Shown here: piece by piece, positions 48,606-62,073 of the stretch
Numbering within the stretch: position 1 is the first letter of the stretch
How the letters are laid out: each line of letters starts with the position of its first letter
Assembly (NCBI GenBank): GCA_965178125.1
Contig: OZ237759.1
Coordinates: 1-64,000 of the forward strand
DNA from: Bilabrum cf. latius
Taxonomy: Eukaryota
DNA length: 64,000 nucleotides
Direction: 5' to 3'
The notes under the pieces: model-generated
Databases searched by the model: none
What the model was told of the DNA's origin: nothing
What the model saw: the letters and a program-made list of their open reading frames with translations, nothing else
Translations under genes and position numbers: made by a program

Positions 48606-51131
48606 ATGGCTGCTGCAATCGATTACGCTGCTGGGAACTCAGTAACGAATGGAGGCTATGGTGGGGGTTCAACTGACCCGGGCCCAGGGGTGTTTATCGG
48701 GAACACTCCGACAGGCACTGAAATGCGGTGGGCCTCTGTCGAGCGCCAGGACGCCGAGCTCCGATCTACGGTAGGTGCGCTGCACGCCAAAGATGTAAAT
48801 GCAGTCGAGTTCACGCCACTTGCGGCGGCAGCAACTCGCATCAGTGACGTGCTTGCAGAGCGATACCCGTTCACTCCAGCGATGGATTTTGCCTCGTTCG
48901 ACCCGAGGATTGACCCAACCCAAAGCAGCGTCGCGTTCGGGAGACGCGCTTGGACCAAGCTTGTGGGTGTGTTGACAGAGGCTTCTTCGTCCACAGAGGA
49001 TCGCAGGCAGTCGCTGGTAGCGTTGCTGAACCGCGTGGCCCGACCGGAATCTCGCAGCAGCATGGTTCGAGCAGGCGCCGTGGAAGCCCTGGCAAGCTTG
49101 CTGACGAATGATAGTGATCCTGCGCTCCAGCTAGTTGCATCGATGGCAGCCCATATTCTAGGCCGTCTGTGTGACAGCTGGGAGGGACGCAGAGCCCTTG
49201 AACGGGAGCCATCCGCCGTGGATAAGCTGGTGCGATGTCTGGGCAGCGACGAGCCGTCTCTTGCGGTGCGTCGATCAGCTGCCGGTGCTCTGGCTAGACT
49301 TGCAGGTACTGATGACGGCTGGGAAGTGATCGTGTGCGGACAGCAGGGCGCAGACCTCCCAGGGGAGAGCACCGCAGCCGCTGCTTCCACCGAGCAAGCC
49401 AGCGATGCAGCACTCCCGGTGAGTGCTGCTCGCGGCGAGAGCGGGTGCGGCCCGCCCAGCGTGCTCCAGCGCATAGTGGATGCCTGTGCCGAGGGCCACT
49501 GTCCCGAGGCGGTCGTTTGCCTGGCCGGGATCGGGGCCCGGCATGAAGAGGGAGCCGCCATGCTGCTGCGGGCGGGGGGCATGCGCATGGCGCTGCAGGC
49601 CATCCAGGCGGCGAAAGCAGAGTCTCAGGGGGCAGATCCAGAGGCGGGATGCGGACCCTTCGTGGCGGCTGGGCCAGGGGCTCCCGTGGGCGCCGGTCCG
49701 ACGATCTCCAGCTAGCCCAAATCCGAGATCCTCGCTCTGGCGGCTCTGAGCTGCATTCGGAGCATGGCCCAGGTGTGGGTGGGCAAGCTGGCCGCTGTGG
49801 GTCACGCGGCAGGGAGTCGTGATGCAGGTGTAGAGGACAGCACTGCCGCAGCCAATGCCGTCGCCCAATGCCTCGCGGCACACCAGGCGGATGCGGTGCG
49901 GCGGGCCGCGGCCGGCGTGATGCTGCTGCTGCTCGTCTCCACCGAAGGCAAGCTGGCTTGGTGGGGATCCAAGGCCTGCAGGGACAGCATCGTGGCTGCT
50001 CTGGGCGACGAGGATGCGCGCGTGCGACGGGATGCAGACCTGAGCCTGGTGCAGCTGTGGCAGCTCCCGATTGCGCGCAGGCCTCTGGCCCGCATGGTGC
50101 TGCTGGCTCCGTTTGTAGGACTGGTGGATAGGCAGATTCGAGAAGCCTCCATGGTTGTGGAGAAGCCAATGAGCGGTGGGGAGGACAAGGGCCCAGCCGG
50201 CCACACGTGGGGGGACGGGGTGGATGCTGCGGATGCTTCCCTGCGGGCCCATCGGTGCAGCGAGGAGGCCAGTCGGGTGCTAGTCAGGGCTGTGGGCCTC
50301 GGGGCCGCGAGGGATCTCGTGGCTCTGGTCGCGGCGGGGCTGGGCCCGACTGCAGGTGAGGAGGTCGTGGGGGAGGGTGGGGGCTCAGGTCCGGCGGGGG
50401 AATCTGGGGAGTTGGGGTCAGGGCTCGATGGGAAGGGGGAGGGAGAGGGACACCAGGCCAAGGTAATCCGCAAGGCCGCAGCTCGCGCCCTTGCCCTGCT
50501 TGCCTCGGGCCATTTCGGGGCAGGTGCAGTGTCCAAAGGGGCTGCAGGAGCGAGTGCAGATGAAGACAAAGGCGGGGCAGCGGCTGTTGACCGCGAGGCG
50601 GTGAGCAGCAGGCTGGCGAGCCGGGGCCGGGAAGGTGCTCTGGCTGTAGCTGGCACCCTGCGCCCGCACGCGCGCCTGCTTGGTGCTCTGGCCGAGGCGG
50701 GGCGGGCCGGCGACGGCTCCCTCTGCGCCGACCTGGCCATCAGCCTGTGCGCAGTGCTGCGAGAGTCAGCCGTGCTGCGGGCGCACTCCCGTAAGGTGCT
50801 CGCTGGCGAGGAGCAGCTGGGGGAGCGAGTGCAGGGAGCAGGAGCAGGAGCAGGAGCCGGAGCAGGAGCAGGAGCAGGAGCAGGAGCGGGAGGGAGCGGC
50901 AGCACCAAGAGGAGGACTGCCAGGGATGCCGGCAAGAAAGGAGTGGCATAGTCTGCAGAATCTACCACCGCAGGCCGAGGCGCTGGCACCAGCGGTAGCG
51001 GCCGTGATGCTGGTAGCGCTCCGTCCACGGCGCTCAGCGAATCCATCGCGCGGGCGTGCTCCCTCGCGGATGAGGTGTCCCCTGCCCGTCCCGGTGAAGA
51101 GCTGGCGAGGCTACTTGGCTCCTTAACATGA
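48606..51131 (+). CDS. RSPH14: Armadillo-repeat radial spoke protein 14-like, 841 aa
   Basis: IDPTQSSVAFGRRAWTKL and VRRAAAGVMLLLLVSTEGK resemble RSPH14/RTDR1 blocks as I recall them. Two TAGs (49713, 50949) are read through; TGA stop. Confidence 0.65.
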
Positions 51132-52540
51132 TATTCGGCGGCACTTTTTGTGCCGGACCTGGCACAGGCTGACAGCTCTGCCTCAGCGCCACTAGCGCTG
51201 TGTTCGGCGCCGCGCACGCATGTTCCGCTAGTGGCTTTGCCGTGCGTGCCCAACTATTTCCGGGTGGTACCTGCCATCGAAGATCAGGACGAGTTAGCCC
51301 ATAGCATTCAAGCAGATTGTATGTTATGATAATCTGGCCCAAAGCCAGGGTATGTATACCCGCTTGCATTATTTGGCTAGTAGTGGGCATGTGTTTCAAA
51401 TCAAGCGCATCCGCCATTCAAGAGGCAGCTTGGAGGCGAAGGGCAGCATCATGGATACGTGTCAGAAGGAGCCTCGTTCAACTATCATAGATAAATCCGT
51501 CCCATCAGAGCCATGGATTGCTATCCCCATGGCGATTTATCGCGCAAGGCAACAAAGATCGTGTAGAAGGTCGCGGAGTCCTACTACGTATAGGCCAGAT
51601 GTTGACAGGCTACTGGGGCAAACAAAGCACCGTACGTCAGGCCAGGAACGAAAATCTCACTACATCGATATTTGTGGCCGTCGACACCCGCGATAGCTCA
51701 TCGTGGTGTTGTGTGGAACCCTCTGACGCGCAGCGGCGGATGTTGGCGTCAACTGCAACTGCTCAGCAGGCTGGAGCCCAGGGATGCCGAGACCCGACTG
51801 GAACCGAGGTTTGCCGCGATTCGAACGATTGTTTAGTACGGTCTTATCATCACCTAGCATGGCTTCATTGTCCGGGTCTGACCGAACAGAACTTCACCAG
51901 GAGGGCTGTTCTTACAGCTTGGTTGCCGACTACACAGGGTAATTCATCGTCCCACGCACACCTGCCATGGAGTCACATTGTCTCAACATTTAGTAGACAA
52001 AATGATGACTCCTTTGCAAGGAAGCTAGGAGCGAAGATAAGTCCAAGGCGTAGAGATCTGGATGTGCGACACTCGCAGGGGATCCATGTCATCAAAGGCT
52101 CTGATGGTATTGGGGGAACCTGGTCCACTCCCGGGGATTCAACCGGAACTCGTCGACTCAGGAGGTAGCGCGGGCATGAGCGCCTTACATCGGACCAGTG
52201 AGGTCCTCTTCTGCGGCCACACTGCCGATCGATGGACTCGCTGTGCCCAAGACGCATCGCAAAGTTTGCATTCGCTTGCTTAAGGCTGGGACAAGGTAGA
52301 CCACTGTTTCTCTCGCGAGATACAATGGCTACACTGCCCGCAGCCTATTATTGCCTGTTATTGAAAGAGTTGCTTGCTTGCAGTGACTCGTTGTTGCGTT
52401 TCACGCCACATTTGCAGTTTGCTGTTCACGCCGTTTGGCCTTCTCACAGCATCATGCATCACTTCTATACTGACACATTCGTTTGCCTTGGAGCGATTCC
52501 AAAAGGAGGACCCCCGTCGGTATCGAGCCATGCCCACTCA

Positions 52541-53915
52541 TCACTGCAGTGAGCACGCCGTGATGGAGCCATCGACGCGAGCCACTAGCCCCACGGTGCC
52601 TGCAGGAGTGCTTCGGAATGAATGGCACGGCGTGCTTGATGCACTTGATGCCATGGTGCCCCCGCCACCGCCAGAAACGCTGGCTGCCCCTCCCTCCGCC
52701 CCCTCGATGCCACGCTCCTCGGGGCCACCAGCAGCCCGGAACACGTGGAGCGCATCTCTGCGCCGTGCATCCCATATGATAGCCTGCCCGTCCAGGCCAG
52801 CCGACAGCACCCTAACGCCGTCCCCCAATACCTGAACAGACGACACCGCATCCCGGTGCCCAGCCAGGGTGCACACAGTGGAACCGCAGCTCGATTGTTC
52901 CCTGTCAGCTGTCAATTTGCCCGCAATCACGCCACCCGCAGCAGGGGGGGCCCTGCCAGAAGCATCTACGAGCCGAAGCTCCCCGCTGGTGCCCCCGACC
53001 GCCAGCACCCGGCCATCGGGGGACCAGTGCACACAGCCGCTGGCGCACGCAGACGGAAGCACCCGGCCCCTCCACACCGTCGATCCACACTCACAATCAA
53101 TAATTCGCAAGTATCCGCCCGCATCCACGGCTGCCAATGAGCGCCCGCACGCGCTGGACTCCAGACCAGACACGGCAGGGAGGGTACTGGGTCCTGGCTC
53201 CACCAAAGAGGCGGACACAGCTTTTGCCCAGCTACGGTCGGCGTCTAGATCTCCAGTCGTGTGCACAGAGCACAAACTTATACCCCCTCTGGAGTAGCCA
53301 ACCATCAGTTTCGACGCTGAATCGCCTGCACGGCCGGCCAGAGGGGCAATGCAGACTGGGAATCCCAGCTTAGAGTCTGCGAGGCATGGTGCGGTCGGTG
53401 GCTCCGCTTCTCGTGAAAGTGGCACGTGCGTAGCACCTACGTCTCGGCACGCACGTTCGGGTGCCTCGTGCACCGCAGAGGCGGCATCTGGGGCTCCCAG
53501 TGCAGCTGCGCGCAACAGGTGCAGGCGACCATCCGTGTTTAAAGCACCAGCAAGAACGTCACTGCCCGGCACCGCCAAAGACTTGAGGGAAAGTACGCTT
53601 GAGCCTTCTAGCTAATATGAATTCCGATGCGATACGGCGACATGGGCTGGAAGAGGCTCCCCGCTAGATTCGCTACCTCGAACGTAGCCAAGCTCAAGCC
53701 ATTCTCCGCGGTCTGAACTAGCAACTGCGCTCGTTTCCGATACCCACACAGCATCTGAAAGAGGTGCTCGATGCAGGGAATGTACAGTTTCGATTTCGTT
53801 GTACTGCGGGCGCGGGAGGCCCAACCCTCAAACAAATGATTGTAGTGCTCCCGAAGTTCATAAGAAAAGCGCTATTCGTCGATGGTACCACCCTTCCAAC
53901 AGTGTATCTTACCAT
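52541..53915 (-). CDS. WD40-repeat protein, Ski8/WDR61-like; ATG-only first exon, intron 53804-53912
   Basis: WSPDGRVLAVG and TLAGHRDAVSSV...LSAGLDGQAIIWD motifs. ATG|GTAAGA...CCGCAG|TAC splice. One TAG at 53612; TGA stop. Confidence 0.7.
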
Positions 53916-54044
53916 GGTTCTAAACCAGCCTTGGTTGGATCCTGAGACTTGCAAGTGTGCAGTGTACACGGGGGTGTAGTACGCTCCGAGTTCAACAAGT
54001 CACGCCGTTGAGGATTACGCTCACAAAGCGCACGACCGAGGGCC

Positions 54045-57000
54045 ATGGAACCTTTGAGCATGCCTGACTGGCTTCTTGAAGAATCTAGGGAGTCCGCATC
54101 TCCAGCAGCGGCAAGTTCGGTCAGGATGCTTCGAGGAGAGCAGCCTGTCGGGAGCTTGATGGCTGCCACGGCGTCTCTGCATATCGTCGTTGCCAGGGCC
54201 CGCGAAGTCTTGGACCCAGCGAGTGGAAGTTCATCAGCCCCACTGAATCCTCGAGTTCGACTTTCCTTGGGGAATCCGGCAAGCCCGCACAGGGCATACC
54301 CTACGCTCGTTGGTCCGGCCGCAAAGGTTGCCAGTAGCAACCCAAACTGGGGCATTGTAGAAAGCGGAAGCATCTTATTGAATCCAACAGATATGTGAGG
54401 CAGTCATAGATCGCCATGCGCAACTCTGTTGCCCAGATCTCGAGAATCTAAACCCTTGCTTACCTAGATCCATCGAGTCTCCGCAGGGCAACCGGTTTCG
54501 TTGATGTTGACATCGTTGTAGATTCAATTGCGGATGCCAAGCATTCTAGTAAGGATGCTACCGAGTAGGGCGCTGGAGAGTCTCCATATCGGCGAGTAGC
54601 AGGGTTTCGATTACAGCTGTCAAACATGGGGTACGGCCTACTGGAAGATTGGATATAGCTATCGCCTTCTGGCAGCATGCTGGTGCTCATTCGAGTGGCA
54701 AGAATCATTGCTGTTGACGAAGGCGGCTGTCCCGTCGTATCCCTTGACTTGTCTACGCCAGTCACTGCTTCCGGAGCAGCAGACACTTCCAACTCCTCCG
54801 GCAAGAAACCAAGCCATTCTGCGGGCAGGCATGCGGATGTTGGAGCAATGCCGCGATTCAGTGCTAATGTGCCAAGTACCATGCATGCTGCTCCCCCAGG
54901 CGGATATGCGCCACCGCTAGGCGGAGCTCCACGAGGAGGCAGCGTGCCACCCTCCCCCCCGGGCCCATTTCCCATGCATGTGGGGGCAGGCATGCCCATG
55001 ATGTAGCCCGCGGGGGCAATGCCCCTTGGTGCGGCTGCAGGCGCGTCCACTGTGATGGTCCCAGTGGCCTACCCCGGCGGGGGCTACGTGATGACACCCA
55101 TGCTCATGCAGGGGTCTCCCCAGGTCATGCAGGGGGGAGGGCAGGTCCATGCGCCCGGCCAATACTACCAGCCGTGGTCTCCGAGCTAGGGAGGGGGCAG
55201 CCAACCGATGCCGATGCCAATACACTCGGCAGTGGCAATGCAGCAGCCCGCTGGCCCAACTTACGTGGTTGTGCAGGGCGCACAGCATCAGCAGCATCAG
55301 CAGCATCAGGTGCTACTGCAGCACCCTGTCGAGCCGCAGGGAGCCTAGGTTCAGCCCGCCAGAGCACAGGCTGCTAACACGCGGGGCGATGGTAGTGTCG
55401 GGAGAAACTCTGGAGGACCGTACGAAGAGGACCGCAGGGCAAGAAGAGAGCGCGTCATCAGCGCGGCGCAGTCTGGCCCGCTCCCGGACAGAGACTCCCC
55501 ATTGCAAGCCCGCGTCCGAAGCAGTGCTTCCGTTGGATACCTGGGGGCTCGCAGTCGCTTCCACAGCGCAGAGTCCGGAGTATCAGACGACGTGTCTCAC
55601 TCTGGCTCGGCGGGGTTCCCCGAGCACCCCAGAACATACGCCCCTTCGGTGGGGAGTGCAGGCCGGCTGGCAGGCGACTTGCATCAATCCAAGTCCTTCC
55701 AATCGTCCTCAGGAATGGAGGCGCAGGCTCCGCGCATCCGAGCCAGCCCTTCCGTGGAGCAGGACGGCGGCTGGCGGGCCTACCACCAACAGCAAGACGC
55801 TCGATCGGCAGGAGGCCTCACCCTGCCAGACCACGAGAGCGTCCTGTCCGCTGACTCGGGGTCGCACCACGGCTCTGGCGTGTTCCCTCTGCGCCAATAG
55901 CCACCTAGTCGGGGCGAGCCAGCGGTCTATCCCGGGCAGGGAGGCTCCCCTGGGCGCACGTCCACTCGGTCCAACGGGCACTTGGGTGGCGCGTCTGCCG
56001 CGTCTGGGTCGCCTCGGGGTGCTTCCAGGTTGGGGCCGCCGGGGAGCAGGGGAGCAGAAGGGAATGAATTCGGCCGCCAGCGAGGGATGAGAGCTGCTTC
56101 GGATACCCGTGCGATGATGAGCATCGCCACTCGCCGCAAGTCGGAGGGCCGGCAGGTGTGGGCGGGGCAGCAGGTCCAGCACCAAGCACCCGCGCCGCAA
56201 GATCCCGCTGGCACTGGCGCTGACAGTGCTGCCGATGAAATATACCCGTAGTCTGGCTCTAGCAAAGAGCGATAGGCTATGCCAGGGTCATTGCGTCACC
56301 TAAGGCAGCATGGGAGCAGCTCAAACCTGCGGCAGCAGTCTGGAAGCCGGCTGCGCCTGGACAGTGACGGCCGCAGCGTGAAGTCGATGGGCGTGCGGTT
56401 CGCATCTGACGGAGAGCACGGTGCAGATGCACTGGGGGGGAGCGATGCAGGCTCGGCATGGGGGCAGCACAGCATTGACGGCGGCCTTCCTTCGGCTGGT
56501 CGGGTGCATGGTGAATCGATGCCGGGTGGAGGGGCGGAGGGCAGGCCCAGCGCGCAGCAGGCGGTGCTGTCTGGGCTGGACGCGATCGAGGAGGCCGAGG
56601 CTCGGGAGGACTCAGACTATCTGCAGCAGCCGGGCGGACTGCACGGGTCGGTCATGGGTGCGGCCGGGCAGCCGGAGCTGTCTCTGTCGACCCCTCTGCA
56701 CGACGCGGAGGAGTCCTATCGCCTGGAGGCCATGGCCAACGGGTCCTCCAGGCGCAGGTCGCGCACCACCCCCGCTGCACCCGACTGGTTTACCGGTGCG
56801 CAGTCGCTGCTGGGGACTGCGGGAAGCTTTAGTGGGGGGCAGGTGGGGGCATCAGCGGGCATGGGCGCGCAGTCAAGTGGGGCCGCAAGGCCGCAGGCGC
56901 GTGAGAGCGTGGCCGGCGCTGAGACAAGGCAGGGGCAGGGGCCTGCCGCAGGGCCCTGGGGCTCCACCAACAGGCAACGCTCCTTGACAGGACTGTCTGC

Positions 57001-57154
57001 AATATCATCGATGCCTGGTAGCAGCCCCAGCCAGTTCAGCGTGGCCACAGCCCCGCAAACGGCTGGCGCCATCTTCTCATTCTCGGCCGCACTGGCAGCT
57101 GAGCAGGCAGGCTCCGTGGATCGATCGAGGCTCAGCTCTGATGCCGGATAGTGA
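54045..57154 (+). CDS. Protein with N-terminal C2-like domain and a long low-complexity tail, intron 54395-54486
   Basis: LHIVVARARE..NPRVRLSL..NPNW..DWI*LSPSG is C2-like. Four same-frame fragments are joined across TAGs; it ends TAG TGA. Confidence 0.65.
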
Positions 57155-57241
57155 TGGAGTGCTCAAGTTACGCATCTGTGTTTTATTTGCTTTGAAACTT
57201 TGTGTTGGATGCAATCGTGTGAGACGCCGCGTCGCGCTCAG

Positions 57242-58792
57242 TCACGTCAGCTTGGAAGGCTTTGAAGCTGTGCCCAAGGCAGTTCTCGACTCTTGCTCGT
57301 GCCTCGTGGCCGATAGTAGGGCGCCAAGGAATTCCTTCATTCCAATAGCACAGCTCGGGGGCGCCTTGTCTTGCCCGTCGTCCATTGAGGCAGCCCCTGC
57401 TCCTCCAGTAGCGGCCCCAGGCCCGCTCGCGCCAGCCCTCGCCCTGAGTGCCAGAGCCACCGACCTTGCCGAGCTTGCTGAAAGGTGGAATGCATGCGCC
57501 TGGAATGGTAGCTTCCTGAGAGACCTGCCGCTGAGTCCCTCTGCGTCCTGGGCGCACCTGTACAGAGCCGCGGTGGCTGGCCCCCCCGCGAGGGTCCATG
57601 ACGGCTTCGGAGGCGGGCCAGAGGATGCGCTGGACCCGCTGGCTGCGGGGTGCAGCGTGGAGCCAGGCGTCTTCACCGTGGCTGCTCCTGCTGGCGGCGC
57701 CACGGGCATACCTTCGGATGGGTTCACGATTCCTTTGCGCACGAGCTCCACGATGGAGGACAGCAGGATTCGGTACCTGGCGACCAGCACGGGAGGGCCA
57801 ACGTACTGCTTCAGGTCAGCTCGGTCCAGAAATGCGGGGTCAATGGCCTCCGTCAGATTGGACGTGGCCAGGACTAGGACGTTCGGCCTCGCCCTGAGCC
57901 GATCCACCTCGGTCAACAAGGCATTCACCACCCGAACGGCATCGCTGGGCTCGTTGCCGTTCATTGACGACTGACGCGCCGCGGTAAGGCTCTCTACCTC
58001 ATCGATCAGAACGCAGACAAGCGTGCTTCCATCCTCTGCATCCGCGAGGGCGTGGATACTCTCGAAGAGCTTGGCCACCAACTTGCCGCTCTCGCTGAAC
58101 CATCGCGAAAACAGGCTATGGCTGTTGATCTCCAACAGGCTTGCGGTAGGGTACGTCTTGTTCAGCCTGATGGCTAGCTTGTGCGCCAATGCCTTGCAAA
58201 TGGTTGTTTTCCCTGTGCCGGGGGGCCCGTGAAAGAGCAGCAAACGGTTCGTGGTTACCATAGCGCTGTCAACACCGTGCTCAGCAAACAGAATTGCAGT
58301 CTCTGCATAGCGGAGCAACCTTCCCTTGACATCGCTGTCATCAAAAACCAATGAATCCCACAGCGCATCGAACCCGAAATGCGGAAGAGCCCAGTGCTGA
58401 GCAGCAGTCACAACCTCGCCATCCCCTTCTTCGCCACCGCCGGCTTCTTCAAGGCTAGGAGGGTCCATCGACAAACAAAAAGGATAGACCTAGACAAGTG
58501 CCTAGAATCCCGGGACTCTTGATACTTCTTTAGCGTCGCCATCCAATATGCTCGCAACCTTCGTCGCCAGCATAGATGCTCGCATGGTCGAATCAAGGCC
58601 TTCCGTAGGGATCTCTGCGCCCACAGCAAGCATCGCAGTAGACGATTGGAGATATGAGACTATGTGCGACTCGATTTCTTCAAAAGAGTGCTCTCCATCG
58701 GGATCTACGGACACCTCAACTGCGAGGTGCAAGAGGGAGGTCGAACAAGCGCAATTCGAAATTTGAGAACATGGTGGCTTCGTTGATAGCAT
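57242..58792 (-). CDS. PCH2: Pachytene checkpoint AAA+ ATPase PCH2/TRIP13
   Basis: NRLLLFHGPPGTGKT, EINSHSLFSRWFSESGKLV, LIDEVESL, EPSDAVRVVNALLT and DPAFLDRAD motifs. The N-terminal domain (AVEV...) is joined in frame across two TAGs near 58490-58504. TGA stop. Confidence 0.93.
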
Positions 58793-58947
58793 CCTTGCAA
58801 GCAATATCAATTATTGTAATAGATCACACCTTCAACGATGTTCTTCTTCGATTCCATGGCTACACAGAAGCGATGTAAAGTTTCCGAGCGAGAGCAAGAA
58901 GCAAGTTCTCGAGTTCAAGTGGTTCCGCATCATGCGCGGCGCCTACT

Positions 58948-61900
58948 TCAAGGCTGGACTTCCGAAGCCCCTGCAACAGGTTTGCTTGGCTTTGACGTCG
59001 CCGGCGCACCGTCGTCGGAATCCTGGCGAATCGGAATGCACGTAACCTTGAAAACTGATCCGACGTCAGCAGCGGCCAGGCTGCGCGTAGCTCCATCCAG
59101 TCGATCGCTGGCAGAGGAACCGGTGTCCTTCCAGCCAGGCGTGCCCTCTCTCGAAGCTTCTGTGGTGCGCTCTCCATCCGCAGACACCCGGACCCATTCG
59201 AACCGAGAGCTGCTGGAGGGCCTGCCCCCGTGGTACCACACCCTGGCGCGCAGCTGCTCGCCCTCCACAGGCCTCCCCTCAATCCACACGGACCGCGCGC
59301 GGGGAATGCCGGGCTCGACCGCCGCACCAGAGGGGGGCACCACCTCGATGGCGGACCCCTCGCACGACCTGACGGCCTCCTCCAGGGCCGCCAGCGAGAC
59401 GGGCCCACGCGCCCTGCATGCCCGCTCCAGGGCTCGGCAGGCCCCCGGCGCGCTGCTCCTCACCAGGCACACTGCCATGACCCGCCGGCCGCAGTACGAG
59501 CCCACCAGCGGAAGCCGCAGCGGGGAGCGGGCGGCGGCAAGGCCCTGCGCGACGTCGAGGGCAGTAGCCCCGGCTGGAGTCTGGAAGGGGTGCAGGTTGG
59601 TCCCGGCGCCTGGTGCCCCGCTCCCTGGCTGCGGGTGAAACACGTGCATGTAGGTCTCCACGCTGGCTCCTTCCCGAGCGCGGGCCAGGGCAAGGAGTCT
59701 CTGGGCAGCATGACCCACAGCATCGGAGGGCACTGCCGGGCATACTCGGTGGGGTACCCCCAGAGCATCCATCAGGCCGGAGGGATCGACGGGTGGGCGG
59801 CACACACGGCGGAACACAGCCTCGCCCTCTTTGTCAGGCAGCGGGTCGGTTCCGGACCCAGACGAAGGATCAAAGGCCTGTGTTTTGGCTTCATCGGCGT
59901 GGTTGATACTGCAAAGCAGGCGATCTGGGAGTACCTCGGCTGGCATTTCCTTTTCCTTGCCCTTAGCATTGCTGTGCATCCGCGCGAGGCTCTTGGCCTT
60001 GCGGAGGCCCTTACCCTTGGACTTCTTGCGCTTGAGATCGCGAGATGGAGGAGCCGTGGGAGGAGGCCGAGGCGGCAGGCGGGATCCCGAAACCGAGGCC
60101 TTGACAGCAGCAGCTGCTGTGCCTGAAGTGTCAGACGACTTGACAGCAGGCGCTGAGGTAGCCTGTTGGTCTCTATAAGACGACGGTACTGCAGCACCTT
60201 CCGTCCCTGCACCCGGCGAAGCCCCCCCCTCTTCGTCAGCGCCCTCAGCAGCACCTACCTCTGCATCGCTGGGCAGACCCTCTCCTGCAGTCCCACCGCC
60301 ACCCTTGCTGTGCAACCCATCCTGCCCTAGCTTCACCTCTCTCTTGTCGTCGACCTACTCCTCCTCCTCCTCTTCCTACTCTTTCTTATCCTCTACATAC
60401 CATCCCACCTCCAGCAGTGTTCTCTTGGACCCTGGCACCTGGATCACCCAGCCACTTGGCACCAGCGGCTGGGCTACATCTTGGACAGCCACCCCAGGGT
60501 CAGTTGCAGCTGCGTCATCACTAGCGAGCAATTTGGACGCGGCATCTTCTCGTTCCTCCACGGCTGAGTAGACCCGCTGTATGGCTTCCGGTGGGGACAG
60601 GACCCCGTCACTAGGCCCAGCACCAGAGCCAGCACCAGCACCAGCTTCCCCCGAACTGCGCTGCAGGGGCACGAGCTGCAGCGAGTTGCCCTCTCGTAAC
60701 CTACCCACAGCCGAGCACACTCGCCGCCTGCGCTCGCAGAAGAGTGTGTGGTGGTGCGGTGCGACAACCATGGCGACCGAGCCGCTGGAGGAGGCGCGTG
60801 CCGCTGGGTCCGAGCTGGGCACCCAGGAGGTGGAGTTGGCTGCGTCTGTGATGGCACCAGATGCGTGGGCAACGACCGCAGATCCAGCAGTTCCAGCAGA
60901 TCCAGCAGCAGCATCAGCTGCGGCAGTAGAGCCCCCCGCGTCCTGCGATGCTGTGGTGGACCCTGGGCCACCTGCAAATGGTGCTGGGGCAAGTGCCGAT
61001 GGTGCCGCGCCAGCCTAGCCCAAGAGAGAACTAGTTCTTGCTGCATCTGGCACTGCTGCTTCCATTTCCAGCATAATCTGCAGCTGTGGCCTGGCCTCGC
61101 CAACGGGCCCCGGGCTCGGCAAAGGAGGAGCCCCAGCAGAGGCACCCACTGTGGGGTGCGGCACTGCCACTGCCACTGCAGGGGGGAGAGTAGTCCCACT
61201 GGCTGTCCTTGACGCAGAGCCAGCACTTACCGATCCATTCGCTTCCATGCTCGGCACGATGGCGCACCAGGCAAGGACCCCAGCGCCCCCGCCCCTGGTC
61301 GCACTTCCCCGGACCGAGACCAGCAACACGTCGTGGCGGCGCACCTCGATGGTCTAGCGATGGGACCACTCCCAGCGCATGCCAGGGACAGCCTCAGAGC
61401 CCCTGGCGTGCAACTCAGGTGTGCATTCGCTGCAAATCCAGTCTCCTGAAGCGCGACCGCGAAGGAGCTTCTATACCACCGCAGCCTGCGATTCGCCGGT
61501 GCCACGAACTGCAGTGCCAGCGGATGATGGGCTATCTGGGCTGACAAGATGCCGAGACTCCAAGCTGGCAAACTTGGATGCCCGCTCCTCCGGCGTTCCT
61601 CTCGGCGAGAATCGCCAAACGGATGCGGCTGCGACGCAGCTCCCCGTCGGAGAGATACCCCGGACTGACGAAGTCAACAGGTCCCTCCCGTAGCCAGCTA
61701 GGGCTACCAGATTAAGTAAGAACTTAGTAGCGGGTCCAGTCTCCGCCAAAGAGCTTGGCCCCGTTGTCAGCGGACCAGGCTTGGTGCGGTCGTTGCTCGT
61801 GGTTGATGCATCACCAGGGCCCTTAGATTGAGGCTGTGAAGCTGAGGTATCAGCGCTAGATTTAGACTGCGAACTCTACGAGTTTGATTGCCCCCCTAAC

Positions 61901-61953
61901 ACGTTTCCGCCACCACTTCCATGCCCAATGCAATTTCCTATTGCTAATGGCAT
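58948..61953 (-). CDS. About 1000-aa protein with a C-terminal AIR9-type (A9, Ig-like) repeat
   Basis: VWIEGRPVEGEQLRA..YHGG..SRFEWVR..ADVGSVFKVTCIPIR resembles the A9 repeat. Single frame across several TAGs; TGA stop. Confidence 0.65.
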
Positions 61954-62073
61954 GCAGCCACACAGCTAGAAATGGGAGGCAGCAACCAGGATCATTTGGC
62001 CGGAGAACGCCTATGGAAATAGACAAGCAACACCTTAGTGCGGCCCTGCTGTGAAAGGCAGCGAACTACAACA

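Noticed and set aside
51132-52540. Protein-coding gene in the gap between the RSPH14-like and WD40 genes
   Set aside because: No frame gave a recognisable protein even with TAG=Gln, so it is left unannotated.
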